In this document: positions 17,966-26,638 of the stretch, piece by piece
Layout of the letters: each line of letters opens with the position of its first letter
How positions within the stretch are numbered: position 1 is the first letter of the stretch
IMG/VR virus record: IMGVR_UViG_3300018868_001080
Length of the DNA stretch: 64,000 nucleotides
Source: a virus
Strand: one strand, 5' to 3'
Notes under the pieces: generated by a model
The model's input: only the letters and a program-made list of their open reading frames with translations
Told to the model about the DNA's origin: nothing
The model's database searches: none
Made by a program: the position numbers and the translations under genes

Positions 17966-18613
17966 ATGTCTACAAAAGTATTAATTCCATACGCAAATCA
18001 TAACCACCCTCGATCTGAACAAGAGAAGCAGGAGATCATTGCACATGCTGCAAAAGCTTATGAAGCATATCTGGATGCATTGTGCATTGATTGGCGCAAT
18101 GATCCCAACAGTTCCAACACACCACACCGAGTGGCCAAAGCCTTTGTGGAAGATCTGGCCAGTGGTTGTTACAGTACCCCGCCCAAGGTGACTGCGTTTG
18201 CAAATGTGGACCAGTATGATGGCATTGTGTGTCAGAACAACATCAGAGTAACCTCACTTTGCTCTCATCACCATGCAGCGTTCACTGGTGTGGCACATGT
18301 GGCATACATACCTGCACGTGATGGCAAGGTCATTGGATTGAGCAAGCTTAATCGCATTGTGGACTGGTTTTCACGCAGACCACAGGTGCAAGAAAATCTC
18401 ACCATGCAAATTCATACACATATTGATGAAGCTTGTGTGAAGAACAATGGTGTAGCAGTCATGATTGAAGCCAAGCATTCATGTTGTTCCAACCGCGGCA
18501 TCAAGCATGATTCTACTATGCGCACTGCGCGCATGTCTGGTGCATTCCTGGACAATGGCGACAACTCTCGTTCAGAGTTTTACAAGTTCATTGAATTTGC
18601 ACAAGTGCATTAA
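17966..18613 (+). CDS. folE: GTP cyclohydrolase I
   Basis: TPHRVAK, SLCSHH, VIGLSKLNR, RPQVQENLT, HSCCSNRG. Confidence 0.95.
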   Translation: MSTKVLIPYANHNHPRSEQEKQEIIAHAAKAYEAYLDALCIDWRNDPNSSNTPHRVAKAFVEDLASGCYSTPPKVTAFANVDQYDGIVCQNNIRVTSLCSHHHAAFTGVAHVAYIPARDGKVIGLSKLNRIVDWFSRRPQVQENLTMQIHTHIDEACVKNNGVAVMIEAKHSCCSNRGIKHDSTMRTARMSGAFLDNGDNSRSEFYKFIEFAQVH

Positions 18614-18655
18614 GTCTCATCCAGCTCCAATTGATCATCACTTGCTTGCCCTGCA

Positions 18656-19312
18656 CTAAGCCATCTGGCGTCTTGCCGATGTGTCGCAAGATTGCATATC
18701 TGAAGTGCCTTTTAGCAAAAGCGGTTCTCTTAGGCTAAGCTCAATTGACTTGAGATTTTCACTGAACTCAAGCAGAGGAGCAGTGCTAGGAATCAAGCCA
18801 ATCTTTTGCAAAGCTAAAAAGGTGGGCGGGTGATTCATGGCATTTCTAATTTTAGCAGGGGACGCTCGACCATTGGCAATAACCTCTGAGAGGATATCCT
18901 TGGCAATCATGGCAGTATACTCATTGGCCGCATTTGCTTCAAACATCTGCTCGTCACTATACCCCTCAATTCTGGTTGGTTCTGCAATCTCATACAGCTC
19001 AGCCAACAACTTTTCCAGGATAACAATCTCTTGCTTGTTTAACTCATAGGCTTCAAGTGCAGCTGGAATAACAGATTGCATCTCAATTAACTCTGCCTCC
19101 AGGGTGAGGATGACGTGTGGGAGTGCATTTTTTTTTCTACAATTGGCCAGCTCCATTTCTTTGGCCTTGAGCTTCTTTTCGCCCACCTCCTGCAGCATGG
19201 CAGCTCGGTAGCGTCCCTCCAAAAATCCCTTCAGTGTCTTGATCTTCTCCCAAGTAGTCTCTCCAATTACTTGGTAGCGGTAATTAAACTCTGTATTTAG
19301 TTTTGCAGCCAT
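18656..19312 (-). CDS. hypothetical coiled-coil protein next to the repeat protein
   Basis: Helical, E/K/L-rich; TAAGTA 6 nt before ATG. Confidence 0.55.
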   Translation of the reverse strand: MAAKLNTEFNYRYQVIGETTWEKIKTLKGFLEGRYRAAMLQEVGEKKLKAKEMELANCRKKNALPHVILTLEAELIEMQSVIPAALEAYELNKQEIVILEKLLAELYEIAEPTRIEGYSDEQMFEANAANEYTAMIAKDILSEVIANGRASPAKIRNAMNHPPTFLALQKIGLIPSTAPLLEFSENLKSIELSLREPLLLKGTSDMQSCDTSARRQMA

Positions 19313-19339
19313 AAATTATACTTACTTTATAGCTATAAA

Positions 19340-22075
19340 TTATCCATATGCAGCTGCTGCAGGGCCACTCCTGGCTGTACCCACTCCTGCCACATCATTG
19401 CCCACCACTCCAGTGTTAGTAACCAGGTTAGTCATGGAAACACCGGATCCTACGGATCCATAGCCAAAGATGGCTTTGTCAGTACCATATGCAGCTGCTG
19501 CAAGGGCGAATCTAGGTGTGCCTACCCCTGTCACATCATTGCCCACCACTCCAGTGTTAGTAACCAGGTTAGTCATGGAAACATTACCGCCTGTACCTCC
19601 CCCATAACCAAAAATGGCTTTGTCAGTACCATATGCAGCTGCTGCAAGGGCGGTCCTAGCTGTGCCCACCCCAGTCACATCATTGCCCACCACTCCAGTG
19701 TTGGTAACCAGGTTAGTCATGGAAACATGGGAAGCTACATATCCATAACCAAAGATGGCTTTGTCTGTACCATATGCAGCTGCTGCAAGGCCACTCCTGG
19801 CTGTACCCACTCCTGCCACATCATTGCCCACCACTCCAGTGTTAGTAACCAGGTTAGTCATGGAAACATTACCGCCTGTACCTCCCCCATAACCAAAGAT
19901 GGCTTTGTCTGTACCATATGCAGCTGCTGCAAGGTCACTCCTGGCTGTACCCACTCCTGCCACATCATTGCCCACCACTCCAGTGTTGGTGACCAGGTTA
20001 GTCATGGAAACATTACCGCCTGTACCCCCATAACCAAAGATGGCTTTGTCTGTACCATATGCAGCTGCTGCAAGGGCATACCTAACTGTACCCACCCCAG
20101 TCACATCATTGCCCACCACTCCAGTGTTGGTGACCAGGTTAGTCGTGGAGACCAAAACACCCCCAGCTGCAAATCCATAACCAAAAATGGCTTTGTCAGA
20201 AGTAGTAGGTGTTATTACATCACCATACCTGGTTGCAAATGTTGCATAGAATGTTCTAATTGCCCCTACGTTGCAGTACAGTGGTCCACTGGTGTAAGAC
20301 CACACACCACCAGTGGTTCTCTTGAGAACATGAAAGGAGTTATCAAAATTAGGACTGCCTTCATATGTGCTCACAAACAGTCCCAAGGAATTGTCTGCAA
20401 AGACATCCAGCTTGGCTGATTGGATGCTACTGGCTTCAGAGGGATTGAAGGCAATTCCACCCAAACCTGATCCCTGACATGATGCAACAACTGTGTTGGA
20501 TATGATGGTGTTGGTAGTAAAATTATATTCTATGAGCGCTATGGCTGCACGTGGAAGAGACACTGTTTTCTTGACGTATATGATGTAGGCTATGTTGCTG
20601 TCTGTTTTGCTGAAGTCCAGCCCAACAATGGGTGATCTGCCATCAAGATTGTCTCCACCGCCAATGCCGGGATCAATCCTGTAGTCAGTGGCCACACTGG
20701 CGTCTGTGTATATGGCCACATTATCAAAGTAGAGTGTACCAGCTGAAGTGACACCAGCAGTGTGAAAGACACCCAAGTAATCGCAATTGTAATCATAATT
20801 ATACACAATGCCGGGGCTGCCATCAAAAATCAAAGCATTGTCCGGATATGAATGTATGGTGTTACTGCTTCCGCTGGCTCCGCCCCCGGGGTAAGCTAAC
20901 TTATAACCTGATGCATTTGTCTTGTCTTGCACCGCAATCAATGCAGCACCATTTGCACGGAAATCGCGCGCCACAGCGCTTATTTGCGTTGGTGTGGACC
21001 ATGTGAGACCTCTGTCAGTTGAAGAAGAAGTAAACAGAGGTTTGGTATTTGAGGTGCCGGTATCGAAATAGAAATAATAATATGTGTTGTCAGCAGCTAT
21101 GAAGAGATGGTCAGTGCCTGGAAAGAATGAGACTGGTGGTGCAAGATTGGCTGGTGTGGAGACTATATCCCATGATGTGCCGTTCCATCTTCTGACAGAT
21201 CTGAAGAGACCAGGGTCTCTGGCATTTGTAACCATTGCAACCAAACTATTATTTGCACCACTCTCATAAGCCATGACCATTTGTGTCCTGCTATTTCCTG
21301 CAAAGGGAATTGTCGTGATTTTGCTCAGTGTCACCAGATTGTTGGTATATTCTCTTATTTCAAAAGGAGGTTTGCCTGTATCCAAAGCGGTTCCCTGAGC
21401 CAGAAAGGACATTTTCTGTACAATAACAGAAACAGGATTTGTGGGTGTGGGTGTCACAGTGGGTGTCACAGTGGGTGTCACAGTGATTGTGGGCGTCACA
21501 GTGGGTGTCACAGTGATTGTGGGCGTCACTGTGGGTGTCACAGTGGGTGTCACAGTGGGCGTCTCAGTGATTGTGGGCGTCACAGTGGGTGTCACAGTGC
21601 ATGTGGGTGTCAGAGATATGGTGGGTGTAATTGTAATGGTTGGTGTGACTGTGTTGGTAGGCGTCACTGTGGGTGTCTCAGTGGGTGTCACAGTGCATGT
21701 GGGTGTAATTGTAATGGTTGGTGTCACAGTAGGTGTCACTGTGGATGTAACGGTGATGGTAGGCGTCACAGTAGGTGTTGCAGTGCGTGTGGGTGTAATG
21801 GTGGGTGTTGCAGTGCGTGTGGGTGTAATGGTGGGTGTTGCAGTGCGTGTGGGTGTAATGGTGGGTGTCACAGTAGGTGTAGCGGTTGGGGTGGGTGTAA
21901 CTATTGTAGGCGTTACTGTGATTGTAGGTGTTGGTGTTATTGGTACAATCACATAGTTGGTATCTGTTTTTGTAACATTAACAATTGATGCTAAATTCTT
22001 TTTCACATACTCTACACCATTTATAGTGACATAATTGTAACCAGACAATGCTGCTATATTTGGTAGTACTATCAT
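19340..22075 (-). CDS. 911-aa putative virion surface/adhesin protein: Thr/Pro stalk, Asp-box domain, six-repeat C-terminal domain
   Basis: TPT repeats; STDRGLTW Asp-box; six 47-49-aa repeats DKAIFGYG...AAAAYG. Confidence 0.7.
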   Translation of the reverse strand: MIVLPNIAALSGYNYVTINGVEYVKKNLASIVNVTKTDTNYVIVPITPTPTITVTPTIVTPTPTATPTVTPTITPTRTATPTITPTRTATPTITPTRTATPTVTPTITVTSTVTPTVTPTITITPTCTVTPTETPTVTPTNTVTPTITITPTISLTPTCTVTPTVTPTITETPTVTPTVTPTVTPTITVTPTVTPTITVTPTVTPTVTPTPTNPVSVIVQKMSFLAQGTALDTGKPPFEIREYTNNLVTLSKITTIPFAGNSRTQMVMAYESGANNSLVAMVTNARDPGLFRSVRRWNGTSWDIVSTPANLAPPVSFFPGTDHLFIAADNTYYYFYFDTGTSNTKPLFTSSSTDRGLTWSTPTQISAVARDFRANGAALIAVQDKTNASGYKLAYPGGGASGSSNTIHSYPDNALIFDGSPGIVYNYDYNCDYLGVFHTAGVTSAGTLYFDNVAIYTDASVATDYRIDPGIGGGDNLDGRSPIVGLDFSKTDSNIAYIIYVKKTVSLPRAAIALIEYNFTTNTIISNTVVASCQGSGLGGIAFNPSEASSIQSAKLDVFADNSLGLFVSTYEGSPNFDNSFHVLKRTTGGVWSYTSGPLYCNVGAIRTFYATFATRYGDVITPTTSDKAIFGYGFAAGGVLVSTTNLVTNTGVVGNDVTGVGTVRYALAAAAYGTDKAIFGYGGTGGNVSMTNLVTNTGVVGNDVAGVGTARSDLAAAAYGTDKAIFGYGGGTGGNVSMTNLVTNTGVVGNDVAGVGTARSGLAAAAYGTDKAIFGYGYVASHVSMTNLVTNTGVVGNDVTGVGTARTALAAAAYGTDKAIFGYGGGTGGNVSMTNLVTNTGVVGNDVTGVGTPRFALAAAAYGTDKAIFGYGSVGSGVSMTNLVTNTGVVGNDVAGVGTARSGPAAAAYG
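19343..20200 (-). repeat. six coding tandem repeats of about 141-147 bp
   Basis: ccatatgcagctgctgca recurs at 19344, 19485, 19629, 19770, 19914 and 20055. Confidence 0.95.
21441..21940 (-). repeat. coding minisatellite (12/30-bp units) encoding TPT(V/I) repeats
   Basis: Repeated gtgggtgtcaca and gtgggtgtaatggtgggtgttgcagtgcgt units. Confidence 0.95.
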
Positions 22076-22080
22076 GATGA

Positions 22081-22485
22081 TTACTTGTTAATGTCAATGA
22101 GTGCATTCAATTTTTGTAGAAATTCCATGCCCAACAACACTGGTGTTTCATTTCTGCTTCTGTCTGCTATTGAAAACTTCACCTTGTTATATTTTTTGCC
22201 TTTGAAAATAATGTCAAACTCCACAATGGGTCTGCTTTCATTAACACCTGATCCAATGTGTATCACAATTGTGTCTGCAATTTTTTTCTGCAAACGCAAA
22301 TTGTTGGGTGTGGAAACAAAGGTGACTGTGCCATTCTCTATCTGTATGTTGCGACCGTCCAGCACGTTAAAAGCACTGTTGCCTGAATCTGCCATGCTAT
22401 CCACCACACCAACACCTTCAATGGTAATGGACTCTATTAAATTGACTATGTTTTTCTCGTAATAGTACTGCCGGAAGGGATTCAC
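22081..22485 (-). CDS. retropepsin-like aspartic peptidase (RimK-associated type)
   Basis: ADSGN (D[ST]G), RPIVEF, DRS...PVLLGMEFL. Confidence 0.75.
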   Translation of the reverse strand: MNPFRQYYYEKNIVNLIESITIEGVGVVDSMADSGNSAFNVLDGRNIQIENGTVTFVSTPNNLRLQKKIADTIVIHIGSGVNESRPIVEFDIIFKGKKYNKVKFSIADRSRNETPVLLGMEFLQKLNALIDINK

Positions 22486-22489
22486 CCCA

Positions 22490-22699
22490 TTATTTATTCT
22501 TTTTATTATATGAAAGCTTGGTGGGCCGCTCTATATATTCTTCCAGGTGCTTTGCAAATGTCTTTACTTGTTCCACAACAATGTCCTTCTCCTCACCCTT
22601 GAGCTTCTTGGTGCGTTCATACAGATCCAGTATGAAATCTGAGCTTATTCTGATGTAACTCACACCCTCTTTGAGCTCAGTTTTCTTTAAAAATTTCAT
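22490..22699 (-). CDS. small late hypothetical protein
   Basis: TAAGTA 5 nt before ATG. Confidence 0.55.
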   Translation of the reverse strand: MKFLKKTELKEGVSYIRISSDFILDLYERTKKLKGEEKDIVVEQVKTFAKHLEEYIERPTKLSYNKKNK

Positions 22700-22772
22700 T
22701 TAAATACTTAAGAGAAAAGTTGATAAGGCTACTATTTGTTGAGATAATATGCTCGATCACATAAATATTATC

Positions 22773-23306
22773 ATGTACAGAGATGATATTAACAATTTAA
22801 ATAATGCCTTCTTAAAGGTAATAAATGAAGGTGTAGCAGATTTAGGACCTCAGGCAGACTCACAGCAGGGTTTGTCACCAGTGATACCCACCATAATCAA
22901 GGGCAAGCAAGAGGAGTGTGAGGATTGTGGGTGCGATGGCAGCTCTACAGCTGCATCAGTCAATCCACCGGATGCTGATGAAATTGAAATGGCCAGGGGT
23001 GAGCTACACAACACCATTCGCCATGCCATTAGTTTGTATGCAAAACTCAAAACAACCAACAATCTTGAGGCTTGGGTGCGCGCAAAAATAACAAAAGCTG
23101 CAGATTATTTGAACTCTGTGAAACATTACATGGACACTGATGAAGTGCAGAGTGAGCAAAATGAAGAACAGGAATTGTTCAATGCTCTTGATCAAGGTTC
23201 AACAGATATCATGCACAAACTTTCCAGCATACTTGCACGTGAAAGCAAGGAAAATTTAGAAAAAATCTTGTTTGAAGTGGTGCAGTTGATTGAAAAGAAA
23301 ACTTAA
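22773..23306 (+). CDS. hypothetical acidic late protein
   Basis: TAAATA at 22762-22767 favours ATG 22773; LEAWVRAKITKAADYL segment. Confidence 0.6.
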   Translation: MYRDDINNLNNAFLKVINEGVADLGPQADSQQGLSPVIPTIIKGKQEECEDCGCDGSSTAASVNPPDADEIEMARGELHNTIRHAISLYAKLKTTNNLEAWVRAKITKAADYLNSVKHYMDTDEVQSEQNEEQELFNALDQGSTDIMHKLSSILARESKENLEKILFEVVQLIEKKT

Positions 23307-24091
23307 TACATCATTCGACCAACTGTCAAACCGCCATCCACCTGGTAGGGCGGGTTGGTGAGTTTGTTACCAAATGCCTTGTCTGTATCTTTCATCAATT
23401 CTTTGCCCAGAAAGCTGTTCACTTCATTCTCTTCGCTGCTGTAGCTTGCAAGATGCTTGTCAAAGATTTTCTTAATCTTGTCATGATTGCTGGTGTACAT
23501 CTTCTTAATTAAATTCATCTTCTGATTGTCAGTGAGCGTGCTATACATCTTGCGCAATTCAGATGCACTCTCAATATCCTTGCCAAAGATGTTGCTACCA
23601 AATTTAATTGCTGGAAATGTGTATATGTAGCCATGCTTGGAAAATGGTTCCATGTTTGCAACAGAATAATCCTGAAAATATGATGCAGTACCATCCTTCT
23701 TGATGCGTGTGAACAATGACTGCCTGGTGGGGTCTTGCTTCTCTTTGCTACTCACTGCAAATACAGCCTTATCTTTATCAGGATTATATTTCTTGAGAAT
23801 CTCCTCTGATCTGAATGGTGACTTCACTTCAATAATTTTATTCGGGTCTATGCCTGTGGATGATATTATGAGCTTCTTCTCTTGAGCTGTGAATGGTCTC
23901 TCCTCTGTGTAGCCTGTTATGGCTATGTAGGTATCTGCATCTGGAAATGTATGTTGTATGTTATCGAAAATGCTTTTATGGCCCAAATGAAAAGGATGAA
24001 AGCCACCTGGAAAAATTACTACTGTCTTGCCCGTACTCTCTACAATAAAATGCTTGTGAACAATGCTCTCTACCAATGCATCGAATTTCAT
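23303..24091 (-). CDS. HIGH-motif cytidylyltransferase-like protein
   Basis: VIFPGGFHPFHLGH and SASELR. Confidence 0.8.
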   Translation of the reverse strand: MKFDALVESIVHKHFIVESTGKTVVIFPGGFHPFHLGHKSIFDNIQHTFPDADTYIAITGYTEERPFTAQEKKLIISSTGIDPNKIIEVKSPFRSEEILKKYNPDKDKAVFAVSSKEKQDPTRQSLFTRIKKDGTASYFQDYSVANMEPFSKHGYIYTFPAIKFGSNIFGKDIESASELRKMYSTLTDNQKMNLIKKMYTSNHDKIKKIFDKHLASYSSEENEVNSFLGKELMKDTDKAFGNKLTNPPYQVDGGLTVGRMMY

Positions 24092-24414
24092 CTATTTAAA
24101 TCTACATCCGGATCATATTTTCTCACCAGTGTGATGAGCTGTGTGAGTACTTCCTTGGCATTCTCCGGGTTAATGTCTGGCAGCTCAATGATGGTGTCTG
24201 TGTCTGTGGTGTCAGGCTTGATCACAAGAGCTTTCTTCAGCAACCTCACCAGCATTGTCTCACCTTCAGAAGTTAAAGGTGCAGCAGGTTGAGCAGCAAC
24301 AGGTGCAGCTGCATCTGCAGGTGGCATGGCGGCATCTTGTGCAGGGGGCAATGCAGAGGCAGGCTCCTGTTCAAGTAGGTGCTGATATTTTTTCAGAGTT
24401 TCTAGAAATTTCAT
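24088..24414 (-). CDS. hypothetical protein
   Basis: Begins MKFLETLKKYQHLLE; in a late operon. Confidence 0.6.
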   Translation of the reverse strand: MKFLETLKKYQHLLEQEPASALPPAQDAAMPPADAAAPVAAQPAAPLTSEGETMLVRLLKKALVIKPDTTDTDTIIELPDINPENAKEVLTQLITLVRKYDPDVDLNR

Positions 24415-24417
24415 AAA

Positions 24418-24876
24418 TTAGGTTTGTATTTGACCTGCCACGCTTTTTATTTTTGAAGAAAGCTTCTTGAGAAGAACACCATAGGATCTTTCAATATCTT
24501 TCTGCGGATTATCAAAAGGATTCAGCCCACCCTTTGCCTGTCCACCTGCGAGGTTTTTTACCAACATTACATCACTGGCAGAAATTGAATTTTTACCTAG
24601 AATACTTGATGAATTTTCTGCATTCTCTTCACCGCCACCTGTGTCAGATGCATCTGCAACCTGGTTACCATCTTCATCCATATCAATAATGTTGTAGCCT
24701 GCAGCATGCTTGCGCATCATGCAATAACACTTTTTCTTGGAAGTGGGATGCTGATATTTGTGTATCACATCAAATTCATCGGAAACATCTGCACAATTAT
24801 CTGACTCCATGGCGCTAGCTTCACGCAGATCCAGATCTTCATATATAGAAGACAGCTTCACAAGGTACTTGCTCAC
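24418..24876 (-). CDS. hypothetical late protein
   Basis: TAAATA 5 nt before GTG. Confidence 0.6.
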   Translation of the reverse strand: MSKYLVKLSSIYEDLDLREASAMESDNCADVSDEFDVIHKYQHPTSKKKCYCMMRKHAAGYNIIDMDEDGNQVADASDTGGGEENAENSSSILGKNSISASDVMLVKNLAGGQAKGGLNPFDNPQKDIERSYGVLLKKLSSKIKSVAGQIQT

Positions 24877-24887
24877 ATATGTATTTA

Positions 24888-25454
24888 TTATCTCAGAAGC
24901 AGTTGTTTGGATTTTATTGCATTAAAGTACACATCAGATAAGAAGGTTAACCCATACTTCTGTGTAAAAATGCGGATCTTACGGAAAGTATACTGCTCAT
25001 AGCTGGTTCTATCAATAAGAGCTCTTATTCTGTACAGAATCTCCATTCCCCTGGCCTCATTCTTTTTTACCAGATACACAAAGGACTTGAATGTATGGCT
25101 TGTGATGAATATTCGCACAGGAAGCAATCTCATGACTTTGCGAAGCAACATTTCAATGAACAGAGTCAGCTCTTCTTCAGCAATGTATTTGTTCAGATCA
25201 GTTTTGATCAGATTGCTTGTGCTGTAAAATACAACCACCTTCTCACTGCATCGCGCATGCAGTATCTCCTCACACAATGCATGTATGATGCCGTGGTACA
25301 GCAGCTTCCTGATGTCTTTGTTTGCGAGTCTGATATCAGTTAATTTGTAGTCATTCAAGTGTGCAAAGAAATTGTGCAGAATTTTGTCATTGTAAATTTT
25401 TTCAAAATCAATAACATACAAGTTGTGTGTTGGTAGCAGTATGCTGTCTGACAT
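24888..25454 (-). CDS. hypothetical protein
   Basis: 188-aa ORF with its own promoter. Confidence 0.6.
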   Translation of the reverse strand: MSDSILLPTHNLYVIDFEKIYNDKILHNFFAHLNDYKLTDIRLANKDIRKLLYHGIIHALCEEILHARCSEKVVVFYSTSNLIKTDLNKYIAEEELTLFIEMLLRKVMRLLPVRIFITSHTFKSFVYLVKKNEARGMEILYRIRALIDRTSYEQYTFRKIRIFTQKYGLTFLSDVYFNAIKSKQLLLR

Positions 25455-25461
25455 GTATTGT

Positions 25462-25489
25462 AGTATATGTGCGGTATGACATTACTCAA
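25462..25489 (-). promoter_or_regulatory. sigma70-like promoter TTGAGT-N16-TATACT
   Basis: 7 nt before ATG 25454. Confidence 0.6.
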
Positions 25490-25907
25490 CAAATCGGTTC
25501 TTAAATTCTGTTGGTGGCGTGCCTATGCGTACATTTATTATGCCGTTGTAATAGTTGTCATTGAGCAGCACATCTCTGGCTATTTGTTCTTTTATTTCAA
25601 AATAAGCTAACTCCCATTTGGATCCACATGTGCGTAGAATTTTAAATTCAAACTGTTCTTTGCCAAGCTTCAGCATATCTGCATTCAATTCATTTGATGA
25701 GCTAGTATAGCCTCTCCAGCTTGATTCCTTGATTTCAATTCTATTTCTAGTCTTGCCCTTGAGCGGCTTTTTCTTGTGTCTGGATTTGCACTGCTTCTTG
25801 CCAATGTACTTCTTGTTGGTGCTTAGATTCGTTATTTCGTATATGAAGCCAAATGTTGTTTCATCAATAACAACACCATCTGCCAATAGCCAGTGTCCGG
25901 TGTCCAT
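25482..25907 (-). CDS. GIY-YIG nuclease
   Basis: GFIYEITNLSTNKKYIGKK, Y-x-SS, conserved E and YYN; TAAGTA 4 nt upstream. Confidence 0.85.
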   Translation of the reverse strand: MDTGHWLLADGVVIDETTFGFIYEITNLSTNKKYIGKKQCKSRHKKKPLKGKTRNRIEIKESSWRGYTSSSNELNADMLKLGKEQFEFKILRTCGSKWELAYFEIKEQIARDVLLNDNYYNGIINVRIGTPPTEFKNRFVE

Positions 25908-25935
25908 GTCTTACTTAATTTGCATGCATCAGAAA

Positions 25936-26205
25936 TCACATGCCTGTAAGAGGCCTGCGCATAACCACCATTTTCACCTTGCCCTTGCCTTTGCTCTTTC
26001 TTCCCTTAGCACCCAAAGCAACTGGCGACCGGTAATCGTCCTTGTTATATTCATCTTTACCGGGTGTGCCTGAGGGTATATCCTTCCAATCAGATGTTTG
26101 GAACGTTCCCAGAGATCCCCCGGAACCTGCTGTATTAGAAGCTGCAACTGTCATTGCACCTGCATCCTCTATGAGCTTGGCAAACAATATATCAAACATT
26201 TTCAC
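25936..26205 (-). CDS. small late protein
   Basis: Full TATAAATA at 26212-26219, 6 nt before GTG; begins MKMFDILFAKLIE. Confidence 0.6.
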   Translation of the reverse strand: MKMFDILFAKLIEDAGAMTVAASNTAGSGGSLGTFQTSDWKDIPSGTPGKDEYNKDDYRSPVALGAKGRKSKGKGKVKMVVMRRPLTGM

Positions 26206-26239
26206 TTTAATTATTTATAGTATACATTATAATAAAGAT

Positions 26240-26638
26240 ATGGAATATAACATATCAAGCATATTAGCTGAGATAAAGCAAGATGTAACAGTGGATGAAT
26301 TGAATCTACGAGAGGTGCAATTCCGGTTGCCAGCTATCAAGCACAAGTATGCAGGTCTTCTGATCAGATCCAAAATTGAGCTCAACAACAAGAAGAAAGA
26401 GCTTGATGAGCAGCGCAAGAATGCTGTGGAGCAAATAAAAGAAAAAAGCCCCATCAAATTGGCACCTAACACACTGTATGATACTGCAAGCGAACTGCCC
26501 AACCTCAAGAAAATACGCAGCGAAATTGAGGAAATGGAACTGCTAATAACATTGCTGGAGAAAACTGAGAAAACTCTGGCCTCCATGACATATGACATAA
26601 AGAACATTATAGAGATACAAAAGCTTGAAACTACATGA
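26240..26638 (+). CDS. uvsY: recombination mediator UvsY-like
   Basis: Coiled coil ending YDIKNIIE, directly upstream of uvsW; TATAAT 6 nt before ATG 26240. Confidence 0.75.
   Translation: MEYNISSILAEIKQDVTVDELNLREVQFRLPAIKHKYAGLLIRSKIELNNKKKELDEQRKNAVEQIKEKSPIKLAPNTLYDTASELPNLKKIRSEIEEMELLITLLEKTEKTLASMTYDIKNIIEIQKLETT

Noticed and set aside
19343-20200. CRISPR array
   Set aside because: Units are 141-147 bp, multiples of three, within an open frame and without unique spacers; no cas genes
19727-21988. Plus-strand ORFs 19727..20419, 21281..21988 and 21441..21956 (Cys/His- or Val/Gly-rich)
   Set aside because: Antisense shadows of the coding repeats
19340-22075. Complete diversity-generating retroelement
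   Set aside because: No reverse transcriptase or non-coding template repeat in the window; kept only as a hypothesis
25482-25907. Mobile homing endonuclease or intron
   Set aside because: Only 141 aa, catalytic domain alone with no DNA-binding extension, and no interrupted neighbouring gene
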